A stretch of DNA of 64,000 nt from Leucoraja erinacea (Eukaryota), in NCBI RefSeq assembly GCF_028641065.1, contig NC_073401.1:14136001-14200000 (forward strand). Reading direction: 5' to 3'. Positions 1 through 12,492 of the stretch are shown here, in pieces (position 1 is the first letter of the stretch; each line of letters starts with the position of its first letter). Position numbers and translations under genes: made by a program. Below the pieces are notes generated by a model. That model saw only the letters and a program-made list of their open reading frames with translations. It was not told where the DNA came from and ran no database searches.

Positions 1-614
1 AAGCAAGGAACTGCAGATGATGCTTTACACAAAAGTATACAAAGTGCTGGAGAACTTAGTGTGGTTAGGCAGCATCTCTTGAGAATATGGATAGGTAATG
101 TTTTCGGTTGAGACCCTCCTAGCATAGATGGGCCATTTGGTCAGCACAAAGAAGTTAGGCCGAAGGGCCCAGTTTCCATGCTGTTTGGCTCAATGACAGA
201 CAAAGCATTAAACCACTCTCGTGAAAAATCTGTCTAGAACATGTCCAAGTGCCGCGATGGCTTCAAAGGTAACAATTCAATAAACTACAGCAAATTGTAA
301 AACTTGTACATAGTCTGTTAAATATTTTCAATGAACTATGCGAACAACCCTGTGTATTAAGGAGCATGGTGTGTATGTGTGTTTTGTTAGCAGACTGCAG
401 GAAGCACAGATTACCTTGGCTGCCCGACTTGGGGAGGCAGAAGAAAAAATAATGGTCCTTCACTCAGGTAGCTGTCTTTTACCACTCATTACGTAAGTAA
501 CATCGATGTCATGGGAGTGGGCCAGCAGCAGCTAAACACATTTGCTGCCACACTGAGACCAAGCTGTTGTGATGTGCGGTGAAAGCTGTCAGCCCTTTAT
601 ATACCAGTGTGGTG

Positions 615-1033
615 CAGTACTGGTCCATCACCGATTAACCACCAACTGATAGTCCGGCACCTCCTTTAATCCGGACAAAATAACGGGGGTGCACTTGAAA
701 TCCCCCCTACCGGAGGTCCCCCTGAAAATGTGACCCCCAGACTGGGTGAGGTGGCTGATCTTGACCTAATTGGAACGTCAATGGCCGAAGTGGCGTGTCG
801 AACTTGACCCTCGCGGCTGGGACTCTGGAACTCCTGCCCGGGCCAGACCCAGTAGATCCGTTCCCGTAGCCGACTTTATGGGCCGGTATCCCAGCCCCTC
901 GGCTGCCAAGGCAGGCCATTCCGGTACGGTTGGACTCCTCTCAGGGGCCATGCCCTCAGTTGGTCTTATAATCAGATAATCCAGAAAGGCTCAAGGACCA
1001 AAGGTGCTGGAAAATCGGTGTTGGTCTGGTATA
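615..1033. mobile_element. Possible Tc1/mariner-type MITE
   Basis: Imperfect inverted ends tactggtccatcaccgatt / aatcggtgttggtctggta; GC-rich interior. Confidence 0.4.
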
Positions 1034-1951
1034 TTGACCATGCCAGTTCCACGTGCAACCATCACTGCATGTTATTTAGTTTCCTGCAGCTATCCGCTGC
1101 AGTGTTGCAGTCACCCCTTAGTTCCATAAGTAACTCCTTGCACCACTACAATATTTATCCCATTTTGTTTACACAAACTGCCCGCAGTACAGTATTAGTC
1201 CAGCATTTGCATTGGTTTGCTACATATACCACCAGTTCCGTACACAGGACCCAGGTTCGATCGTGACCTTGGGTGCTGTCTGTGGAATTTGCACGTTCCC
1301 CCCGAGTCCACAGGTGTGGGTTTTCTCCGGGTGTTCTAGTTTCTTCCCACATCCCAAAGACATGCGGGTTCGTAGGTTAATTGGCCTCTGTAAAATGCCC
1401 CCAATGTGTAGTGAGTGGATGGGAAAATGGGATAACATGGAACTAGTGTGAACAGGTGATCGATGGGCGGCATGGACCCGGTGGGCTGATGGGCCTGTTT
1501 CCATGCTGTATCTCTACTAAGCAACTCTATGCTGCAGGGAACTGTTCCTGCCACCAGTTTTCAATGTACTTCTTTCCATCCTAACATTTATACCCGACCT
1601 TCTCTGAAGCCAATGGTCTGCTCTAATGCAAGTTTAACACCACTATTTCCATCTGCAATTAACACCTATGGTTTAATCTCTATCCCACCAGTTCCATGTG
1701 CAGAATACATGGTACATGTATATTTACATGGTAAATATGTGGTGCCATATTTCCCATGCATAATCCCATGCAACTGTCTGCAGCAGTGCATTGTTTACTT
1801 TGTAAGTTCCAGATGCAACTGTTAATAATGATTTGATAATAACTTGCCAGATCTATGTTGCTGCCGTGCCATTTTACTCCTTCCCTTCTTTCTCCCAGCT
1901 CTTTTCTGCGGACCAATATTTACCCCACCGGTCCCAGCCTCTGCTGCACAG

Positions 1952-2856
1952 TAAAGCCCCCGTCCCACTTTCCCAAGTTGCTCACGAATTCTCCCGAGTT
2001 TTCCCCTTGATTCAAACTCGGTGAATGTCCGTAGCGAGTCTGTAGGAGGCCGTAGGATTCCGTAGATATTTTGTAGCGGCTCGTAATGCCAGCTCTGGGA
2101 ACTCGGGTAAGTCGGGACGTTTTTTCAGCATATTGAAAAATGACCACGAGTTAAAAAAATAGCCCCGAGTACCTATGGCTGGCATATCCGAGTTTGTATC
2201 AAGGGGAAAACTTAGGAGAACTGCAGTTGTACAGGGTCTTGGTGAGACCACACCTGGAGTATTGCGTACAGTTTTGGTCTCCAAATCTGAGGAAGGACAT
2301 TATTGCCATAGAAGGAGTGCAGAGACGGTTCACCAGACTGATTCCTGGGATGGCAGGACTGTCTTATGAAGAAAGACTGGATAGACTTGGTTTATACTCT
2401 CTAGAATTTAGAAGATTGAGAGGGGATCTTATAGAAACTTACAAAATTCTTAAGGGGTTGGACAGGCTAGATGCAGGAAGATTGTTCCCGATGTTAGGGA
2501 AGTCCAGGACAAGGGGTCACAGCTTAAGGATAAGGGGGAAATCCTTTAAAACCGAGATGAGAAGAACTTTTTTCACACAGAGAGTGGTGAATCTCTGGAA
2601 CTCTCTGCCACAGAGGGTAGTTGAGGCCAGTTCATTGGCTATATTTAAGAGGGAGTTAGATGTGGCCCTTGTGGCTAAGGGGATCAGGGGGTATGGAGAG
2701 AAGGCAGGTACAGGATACTGAGTTGGATGATCAGCCATGATCATATTGAATGGCGGTGCAGGCTCGAAGGGCCGAATGGCCTACTCCTGCACCTAATTTC
2801 TATGTTTCTATGTTTCTAAAACTCAGTAACTCGGGGAAAGTGGGACAGGGGCTTTA
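1952..2856. mobile_element. PIF/Harbinger-like MITE interrupted by a CR1 insertion
   Basis: TIR taaagcccccgtcccactttccc / gggaaagtgggacaggggcttta; related element at 31540-31842. Confidence 0.7.
2220..2817 (+). mobile_element. CR1/HER1-type LINE 3' fragment (young)
   Basis: Open ORF2 C-terminus LYRVLVRPHLEYCVQFWSP...RRLRGDLIETYKILKG...FFTQRVVNLWNSLP; (ctatgttt)n tail. Confidence 0.93.
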
Positions 2857-3256
2857 CACTGCACACCACTAGTTCCTAAACAACTCTTTGCTGCAGGGCA
2901 GCATGACTATACCAGATGCCCATGCAGCAGCCTGCAACAGGGCAATGACTACCCCAATAGTTGCAGATGCAGTATTCCGATGCCTGGCCCTACAAATCAT
3001 AAATGTTTCCCTCTACTGGAATGCAAGATCTAGTCCACCACTTCCTCTGGCATGTTTCCACTACCGTGCATTATTTATATTACTATTTCCACAGGCAAAC
3101 ATCTGTTGCAGTGCATTTATTCTCCCCTACAATTTACAGAAGCCAATTAACCTGCAGTTCTTTCTTAGTCATTTATTCTCCACCGGTCTCTTATGCACTC
3201 CCCGGCTGTGTTTCTGTGTCTACCCCACTATTGTTATACACAGCAGTCCTCTACAT

Positions 3257-3827
3257 CAGGGGCGGAAATCCAGGCGGGGACAGGGGGGACATGTCCCCCT
3301 CATGTTTTGCGAGGGGGGGGATGATTTCCCCCCCCCCCCCCCCCCCCATGTTTTGTAATCCGTATTTTAAAACTCGGTGAAAAATACCTGTTAAAATCTC
3401 CGCTTTCCGTGAGACAGTGGGGGTGGGACTGATGATCGAGGGAGCCGATTGGACGAGAGACGTTGGTCAGCAGGCAGTGGGGGTGGGGCCATGATGATTC
3501 AGCGCGGTGATTGGAGGAGGGAGACGTCTGTGGAGCAAAGATCATAGAGAGGAGCTTGAATCGGCCCGTTCGCGGGTCTTTTCATCGCCCGGCGCGGCCG
3601 GCCGCAGAATCTTCCACCGCCCCGCGGCCAAATCGCTGCGTCGAGGCGAGGCGATCGAGGCTCCCGATGTTGAAGTCCCCGCGAACGGGCCGACTGAAGC
3701 ACCACGATGCGGGGCGGACAAAGCCGCTGTTGCTGGAGTTCGGAGTCGGTCACCAACCAGGTCAGCTCCCGATGTTACCGTCCGCCAAGAAATCCCTCCC
3801 ACGTTTTGATAGTGATTTCCGTGCCTG
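3257..3827. mobile_element. hAT-type non-autonomous DNA transposon, GC/CpG-rich
   Basis: Perfect 8-bp TSD ctctacat (3249-3256, 3828-3835); imperfect TIRs caggggcggaaatc / gatttccgtgcctg. Confidence 0.85.
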
Positions 3828-4823
3828 CTCTACATGGTGTTCCGTCCCAACTTCCTCACTGCTGTGCTCTCTTGCATAGCCACGCTGACCACACCAAGCC
3901 TAATGCAACTGATGACTGTAGGACAGTATTTACAAAACTCATTCCATACATGACTGTTGCAGCAATGCTAGTTTTTAGCTTTTTAACTTTAGAGATACCG
4001 GGTGGAAAGAGGCTCTTCTCCCACTGGGTCCATGCTACCTGGCGATCATCTGTACACTAGTTCTATCCAACATTCTAGGAACAATTTACAGAAGCCAATT
4101 AACCCTACAAACCTGCACGTCTTTGAGATGTGGGAGGAAACTGGAGCATCTGGAGAAAACCCACGCAGTCACCTGGAGAATGTGCAAACTCCTTGTAGAC
4201 AGCGCCCGTAGTCGGGATTGAACCTGGCGCTGTAAGGTAGCAACTCTACTGCTGCACCACTGAGCTGCCAAATTCTAGGTGTAAATGGAAATTATGGTGC
4301 AAATATTAACTCTTCAGATGCATATGTACCCTGCAACTACGTGACATTTGCACATCCAGTAAGATATGCAACGCATTGTTTACTGCAACAGTTGTATATG
4401 AAGGGTTGTGCTGCAGTGCAGCATTTAACCCATCAGTCGTGGGTGTTGCACTGTTGTTGTAGAGCAATATTTACCAGACCAGTTTGATATGCAACTGCAG
4501 TGTGATACTTACTCTTCAATCCATGTGTAACTCTGATGCTCTGCTCTCCATCCATTGCATTGATCCAGTTACTCTCTGACATTTCTTGTGGTCTTGGGCA
4601 GTGCTGTTCCCAAACCAAGCTGTGATGCAATCCGGCAGTGCGCTTTCCATGATGCATCTGTAGAAGTTTGTAAATCCAGAACAATGTCAGGCAACGTATC
4701 CAGCCCCTTTAAATGTGTGGAGGAATCTGATGAAATGGACTAGGCAGCTTTCTGGATGACAGTAATTGCAGATTTAAGTCATGTGATTTGTTTATCATTT
4801 TGCTTTATTTATCTGCTGTTCAG

Positions 4824-4890
4824 CTTTGAAGACAACACAAACAGAGCTCCTGGACCTGAGGTGCAAATACGATGAAGAAACAGCAGCTAA
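4824..4890 (+). CDS. CUX2: CUX2 coding exon (first in window; coiled-coil region)
   Basis: ttcag|CT...GCTAA|gtaagt; translates (A)LKTTQTELLDLRCKYDEETAA(K), resembling remembered mammalian CUX2 [23 protein letters not shown]. Confidence 0.9.
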
Positions 4891-7800
4891 GTAAGTAACT
4901 TGCAATCTTGCCTTTGCTAAGCATGCTCACTTTGAGGAATATTTAACCTAATTGTGGTTTCAGAAGAGTTATTAATTTAATCAGCAAAAGCTAATGTCGT
5001 ATTATTAAAAGTAACACAGACCTCTCTTTCCCATATAAATCAGCTACCAGAAATGTTAAGTAGTTCATGTAATTGTACAAAAATACAGTCAATGGTTTGG
5101 CTCCCTCTCACGAGGAGGAAAGGGTCAAGATAGTTCGAAGACTAACAACTTTATACTTGTCAGACTTTGATTAATGGGTTAACATTCTTTGACACAAGTT
5201 ACACTACCAGAATGCAAATTGCACCATAGTCTCGGGTCTTTACACAGGACGGCGGGTAAAGCTTCCTATGTTTTGCTTCAGGGCGAGATGCTATTTTGGT
5301 CCAAACTCACATGGGCAATGTTGGTGGCTGCTCATCGAGGTGCTTTTGGTGCTTGGTTGCTGATGTTCTCATTGCCCCTTCCACCTGCCCTACAAACCTG
5401 CAGGGACTTGGCTCCATCTGGCCCCCTGACTTCCTTCCTTCCTTGCTGGTTCTCTTGTGAGTGGTGAGAATGGATCTCTTCGTAGACACTGTGACTGAGA
5501 TCACTTCACCTCTGACCTGGAACTCAAACGCTTGTTGGCCTTCCCTTAGTTTCGTAATACAATGGCAAACCAGTCACATTAGAAACAGCTGAGTTCATAT
5601 GTTTTTACAAGGCTGCAAGATGATAGTTGTCATAAATTATGATTAACGTCCATGGCGTCATTCTCAGTAACATGTCTCTCATCAGAGAGAGAGAGACCTG
5701 CTTTCTGTATCTATGTGCAATTTCTTCAGGATGGATCTTTACTTTAAAAAAGGCACAGAGTGCTGGAGTAACTCAGCGGGTCAGGCAGCATCTCTGGAGA
5801 ACATGGATAGGTGACGTTTTGGGTCGGGACCCTTCTTTAGACTATAACTTTAATCTCAGTGCCTGACAATTTAGCCTTTTATTGTATCAATGTTGTGATG
5901 TCTGACATTATGTGGACACTATTGTCTTTGGTTGGTGTCAGTTTAGTAATGGACTGTCTTCCAATGTAAGATCTCCTTGAGACACAGAGTGCTGGAGCAA
6001 CTCAGCAGGTCAGGCAGCAACCCTGAAGAACATGGATTGGTGACATTTCGGGTCAGGACCCTTCGGGCATTTGCTGCCTGACCCGTGGAGTTACTCCAGC
6101 ACTTTGTGTCCTTTTTGTGCATTAACCAGCATCTGCAGCTCTTTGTTTCTACTAGAAGCTGTCCACGGGCTTGTATGTGACTCTTAAATGACCCAGCTTC
6201 ATATCATCAGATGCTCTCATGGTGTAAAAATACATCTTGGCTCCCAGTCAAAATTTTTCTCCTGGATGTTTATTTTTAAACATGGAGTCAGTGAAACTTG
6301 TCCCAAGTAACAACTTTCTCTATTAAACCTGTTATTATTCAGGTTAACATCTGGCTGGTGCCATGAAATGCTGCTGCTGCTGACTCTTGAGCGTTGTGTT
6401 ATTCCCAGAGAGGGCAGTGCTTTTGGATTCTTTCCACCGCAGTCTGTACGGACCAGAGTGAGGGTAACACAAGTCCCTCGGGATTAGGAAAAACCCCAAA
6501 TGTCACGACACCTCACTCACTCGTAAAATCGTGGCTGCTTTTTTAATTTCAATTTATATTATAATTTAATGACTTCTTCGTTACATCGCAGGCTTCACTT
6601 TCCTTTTGTTCCCAGCGACATTTCTTGAATCCGCCCTCATCTTGCCAAAGCCAGCCAGCTGCTTTAAATAATCTCTGGTAGCCCAGTAGAGAATGTTTAT
6701 GTAGGCTAGAGAAAGGAAGTGGGATGAACTTTCTTAATTGCAAAAGCCAGGAACACATGTTTCTGTAATCACACAAGTTTTTCCATTGCAAGCCTGTTGT
6801 CTTCAGCCTACACTGACAAATTCCATCGCCATCTCTCCTAAAAACACAATGGCTTTAAATTCAGTTTAGAGATACAGCTTCGGCACACCGAGTCCGCGCC
6901 AACCAGCGATCCCCGCACACTAACACTATTCTACACACCAAGGACAATTTACAACCAGCGATCCCCGCACGCTAACACTATCCTACACACCAGGGACAAT
7001 TTACAATTTTTACCTCAGTTAATTAACTTACAAACCTGTACGTATTTGGAATGTGGAAGGAAACCGGAGCACACAGAGAAAACGCACGCGGTCACAGAGA
7101 GAACGTACAAACTCTGTACAGACAGCACTCGTAGTCAGGATTGAACCCGCTTCTCTGGCGCTGTAAGGTAGCAATTCTACTGCTGAGCCCATGGTGTATA
7201 ATATTAAATCAGCATTAGTTGATTGCTAATTTTAACTTTTCCCTTGTCTGGCTGCCTGAAAATCTCATCATGTTTAAAATGAAGAAACAAAGAACGACAG
7301 ATGCTGGCTACTACACAAAAGGACACAGAGTGCTGGAGCAACTCAGCAGGTCAGGCAGCATTTCTGGAGAACATGGATAAGCAAAGTTTTGGATCGAGAC
7401 GTCTCCTATCCATGCTCTCCAGAAATGCTGCCTGTCCCGCTGAGTTACACCAGCACTTTGTGTCTCTTTATTTTAAAATGTTGCTGCTTCACCTATAGTT
7501 CATGAGCCCAATGATTCTTCCCTTTCGCCTGGATGTTTAGGATCACCAGAGTTATAGCCATAGAGTTGTACAACATGGAAACAGACCCTTGGCCCATCTT
7601 GTCCTTGCTGAAGAAATGGGCACACAGAGCTAGTCCCATTTGCCTGCATTTGGCCCATAGTCCAATAAACCCTTCTTATCCATTTAACTGTCTATTGTTT
7701 AAAACTCGTAATTGTGTCCTTCTATAGTCTCCTCTGGCAGTTTATCCCAGATATGGTTCACCATCTCCATGGAAAAGTTGCCCCGCAGGAACCTCTTAAA

Positions 7801-10800
7801 TCTTTTTCATTTCACCTTAAGCCTATACCCTCTAGTTTTTGAATCCTCTACCTTGAGTAACAAGACTGAGTGTTCACTTCATCCATGTACACCTCATTCC
7901 TCAGCCTCCCACACTCCAAAGAAAAAAAGTCTCAGCCTATCCAACCTTTCCCTAAAACTCAAGGCTGCAAGCCCAGGTAACTCATCGATTGGCTGGTTTA
8001 TTTCCCCAGTACATTAGTATGTATATGTGTTGTTAGCAAAGTGAGAAAATATTAATCTAGTTGAAAATAATACAAAAAAAAGGCAATTTTATAAAATAGT
8101 TCAAACCCAATTATGAGACCTCGTGGGTGATAATAGATTATATGGTTGTTATAATGGGTGTTCCAGTTAGCTCTCACATCCCAAAGACGTGTGGGTTTGT
8201 AGGTTAATTGGCCTCTGCAAATTTCCCCTAGTGTGTAGGGGGGTGGATGAGAAAGTGGGATAACATAGAACTAACTGTTTTGAAGGGCCTGTTTCCATGT
8301 TGTGTCTTTAAATTCAATTCATTGCATGTATGTCACGGGCAACTACACAACAATGTATGAAGCCTTTGCAGTGGTTGATGTAATGGCCAAGCTTGGTTGG
8401 GACACTCCACCTGTGTAGCCCAGTGTGATCGGTCAGAGGGAATACCATGTTTTATGGGCTGCAGTATTTAGACCAGAACAAGGAGGAAAGGTGTATAATA
8501 CATTGACTCCACATGTCGACAAGTCATCACACTAAGGAGCGTGTTTTATTTCTCTGGCTGGGTAAGGAATATTGTAGTTTTGCTTCTGCAGAAAGAAATT
8601 AATTGGACAGAGAACTGCAGGAGCTGGAAGCATTGCCTTCACCGGCAGTACTGACACGGTGTGCCTGGTGTTGGAGGAGAGGGGTGGGGAAGGCCAACAG
8701 CGGGGTGGGGATCAGATGGGAGGCTTGATTTATTCCACAAGGAATCTGGCCTTGACTAAATCTCATTTCCCTCTAGATGAAAGGGAAATGTGGAGTAGCG
8801 TGTAACAGAGTGGAGGGGAAATTAAAATATATCGGGGCATGTGATTAGAATATTGTGGGGAGAATTCAGTACTTTCAATGGTTTCTATGGTGCTTTATTG
8901 GTCTGAAGAAGTGTCTCGACCTGTAACGTCACCTCTTCCTTTTCTCCAGAGATATTGCCGGACCCGCTGAGTTACTCCAGCTTTTTGTTTCTATTTTCTG
9001 TGGTTTATATTTGCACAGTGAGTTTCTTTTTGCATCGATCGCACATGCACGAGTCGCCATCATTTAGCGCCTTTCACAAAAAGTCCAAAGTACACATGCT
9101 CGATTTTTCTGATTAGATTTTACTTTAGGGTAACAGCGCGGAAACAGGCCCTTCGGCCCGCCAAGTTCGTGCCAACCAGAGGTCACCCCGCACACTAGCA
9201 TCATCCTACACACTAGGGGCACTTATAATTTTTACCAAAGCCAATTAACCTACAAACCTGTATATCTGTGGAGTGTGGGAGGAAACCAGACCAGCTGGTA
9301 GAAACCCTCGCGGTCACAGGGAGAACGTACAAACCCTGTGCAGACTGCACCCATAGTCAGGATCGAACCTGGGTCTCTGTCGCTGTGAGGCAGCAACTCT
9401 ACCGTTACGTCAGTGTGCCGCCCATGTTCTTTGCTTGATTTCTATTACTAAAAGTACTTTCACTTTCACAAGGTATTAGTTTTCTCTTGCTAATGCATTT
9501 AGCAATCACTGAACTATAGAAAGGCTCCTAAACCAGCTTGAGTGCGGAGATTGTTCTCCTAATGTCTGAGCATCTGAATGACTGGAGAGACTTAATGAGC
9601 ATCAATTAACAAATGGGGCAGCAAATGCTAATGTGTGAAATTGGGCTGTAAAAAATAAATATTTTAATTAACAGTTGCGCCACAACTATAAATAATGCAT
9701 GCAAAGGCTGGAGTTTCCTGTTCGAGGAAATTATTACCAAGTTTAATTTTTAACAGTTAAAATAGCTTGGAAACAAGCCCTTTGGCTCAATATGCCCACG
9801 CCGACCAATATGTCCCGTCTACACTAGTCCCACCTGCCTGTGTTTGGCCCACATCCCTCTAAACCTGGCCCATCCATGTACTTGTCTAAATGTTTCTTAT
9901 ATGCCTCAACTACCTCCCCCGGCAGCTCGTTCCATAAACGCATCGAAAAAGTTACCTCTCTGATGCCTATAAAATCGTTTCCCCTTCACGTTAAACCTAT
10001 GTTCTCTGGTTTTCGATTCCCCCTACTCTGGGCAGGAGACTCTATGCATCGACCCAATCTATTCCTCTCATGATTTTGTAAATGGCCAGGAATGAACTCC
10101 AGCTTTCTGTGGTCCCCGGCACTTGGGGCAGAGCTTCCACTGACAAACTAACATTGCCCTCACAGAATGGACAAACAGGGTTGGTGACAGTCAGTGAAGA
10201 CACAAGGAACTGTAGATGTTAGTTTACTGAAAAAGTGCCGGAGTCACTCAGCAATTCTGGTGATGTTTCTCACCGGGACCCTTCTTCAGACTCGGTAACA
10301 GTCTTATTTCCTTAAACTCGGGTCTATGTAAATATTTCCTCTGCGTTTTCTTGTACAAAGCTTTCACACATGGTTGTGGGTGGGAATAGTATGTCATTGG
10401 CTTCTTAGAAATGCATAAATGGGTAAAGTCTGAAGGATGTAAAGTCACAGAGGTTAGGTTGATGAATGTTATTATGGAGAAACAAGGAACGGCAGTTGCT
10501 GGAATCTTGCGTAGAAAGAGTACTGGAGTAACACAGCGGGTCAGGCAACATCTCTAGAGAACATGGATAAGTGACGTTTTGAGTTGGGAACCTTCTTTAT
10601 ACTAATTGATCTTTCAGCCATTACCTGGTTACGAGTGAGTGTTGGGGGGGGGGGGGGGGGGGGGGGGTGGTTCGTGGATTTAAAGTTTCTATCAAAATCA
10701 ACGTCATTCTGGTTAAAAGTGGAGGCAGAACGAGCGGGAAAGTGAGGGAGCAGAGGTCCAGTTCTGAGCTCGGCCAAATGGAGAGTTGTCCACATCTGGT

Positions 10801-11069
10801 GAGTGTGGAAAGTTTTGCCATGATGCCGAGTCCAAACGCCAGAGAGAGGTGGCACAGCCAGGTGCAATGCTCTCTGTTTAATCAACAAAGCTCAGCGGAC
10901 AATGAAACTTCTGAAGGATGATAGCAAACTCTGATTATTAGTAGCAAGATTAATCCTCTTGGTAGCACACACTTGTTGTCCGTCTGCTGTCTTCACTCTG
11001 CCTTTCACTGGGAGGATGTGCCTTCAAAATGTAACATGCATATTCTGTTTTGGACCATAAATCATGATC

Positions 11070-11593
11070 AAGACATTCTTGCCATAGAGGGAGTACAGAG
11101 AAGGTTCACCAGACTGATTCCTGGGATGACAGGACTTTCATATGAAGAAAGACTGGATAAACTCGGCTTGTACTCGCTAGAATTTAGAAGATTGAGGGGG
11201 GATCTTATGGAAACTTATAAAATTCTTAAGGGGTTGGACAGGCTAGATGCAGGAAGATTGTTCCCGATGTTGGGGAAGTCCAGAACTAGGGGTCACAGTT
11301 TAAGGATAAGGGGGAAATCATTTAGGACCGAGATGAGAAAAACATTTTTCACACAGAGAGTGGTGAATCTCTGGAATTCTCTGCCACAGAAGGTAGTTGA
11401 GGCCAGTTCATTGGCTATGTTTAAGAGGGAGTTAGATGTGGCCCTTGTGGCTAAAGGGATCAGGGGGTATGGAGAGAAGGCAGGTACATGATACTGAGTT
11501 GGATGATCAGCCATGATCATATTGAATAGCGGTGCAGGCTCGAAGGGCCGAATGGCCTACATCTGCACCAATTTTCTATGTTTCTATGTTTAT
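11070..11593 (+). mobile_element. CR1/HER1-type LINE 3' fragment (young)
   Basis: Nearly identical to the 2220 copy; open ORF2 end and same tail. Confidence 0.93.
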
Positions 11594-12167
11594 GTTAAGG
11601 TTTATTATTGTCGCGTGTATTGAGCTTTAGTAAATGTTTTGTTTCGCATTCTTCCCGAACAGATTATATAATGCTAGACATGAATACAATCTAGCCAAAC
11701 TCAAATACAATAGACAGAGCAATGGGAAAGATCAACCAAGAGCCTTCTGCTCTCCAATATATAAAGTCCTAACCTGCCCAACCTCTCATTATAGCTCAGG
11801 CCCTCAAGTCCTTGTAAATTCTTGGAAATATGTATGTTGCCACTGCTTTATTGTTGCAGTGTTTAAATATTGTTGCAGCGTCTAAATCTAGGAATGCTGC
11901 AGCAGCAGCCAGCCCGGATGGACTGCATTAGTTTAGGGTAACAGTTCCCCACCGTTACCTCATTAGCACTCAATGGGTCCAAGATTCTGATGGCACCAGG
12001 TTCAAGTTCTAGCTTTGCCAGTGAAGCCTGGATCAAAAAAACATTTAATTAAAAAATAGTTAATAGTGTAATTCTAAAGCCGAGAGAGTCCCGCATAAAG
12101 ACCGCAAACCCATTGTTATTTGGGAATGGGTTGCACATGTTGTAAAGACAATGAGATGACCCATATA

Positions 12168-12492
12168 ACATAATGTGCTGGAGTAACTCAACGGGTTGGG
12201 CAGCATCTGTGGAGGACATGGATAGTTGATGTTTCAGGTTGGAAGACGGGTCCCGACCTGAAACATTGCCTGTCCATGTCCTCCACAGATGCTGCGTGAC
12301 TCACTGACTTACTCCAGCACTTTGTGTTTTGTTCAAGGTTCCAGCATCTGCAGTTCCTTGTGTCTCGGGAGAGCTACGTTCCTCTCCAGTTTAAACTGTC
12401 TGAAGAAGGGTCTTGACCCGAAACGTCATATATCTTTTTCTCCAGAGACACCGCCTGACCCGCTGAGTTACTCCAGCACTTTGTGTCTATCC
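12168..12492. repeat. Cluster of Penelope-like pLTR fragments (inverted pair plus direct copy)
   Basis: gtgctggagtaactca...gcagcatct followed by its reverse complement; same family at ~1-120, 5752, 5982, 7280, 8900, 10480, 13440, 29040, 33545, 40110, 41150, 44445, 51415, 52045, 55570. Confidence 0.75.
12398..12430 (+). ncRNA. Minimal type I hammerhead ribozyme-like motif in a Penelope-like pLTR
   Basis: CTGAAGA-A-GGGTC TT GACCC-GAAA-C-GTC: core nucleotides, perfect stem II and GUC triplet present; stems I and III minimal. Confidence 0.65.

Noticed and set aside
2194-2721. Independent 175-aa gene (also 10973-11491, 56413-56946)
   Set aside because: 5'-truncated CR1 ORF2 C-termini, not host genes
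3440-3800. CpG island promoter or GC-rich ORFs
   Set aside because: Entirely inside a hAT element bounded by an 8-bp TSD
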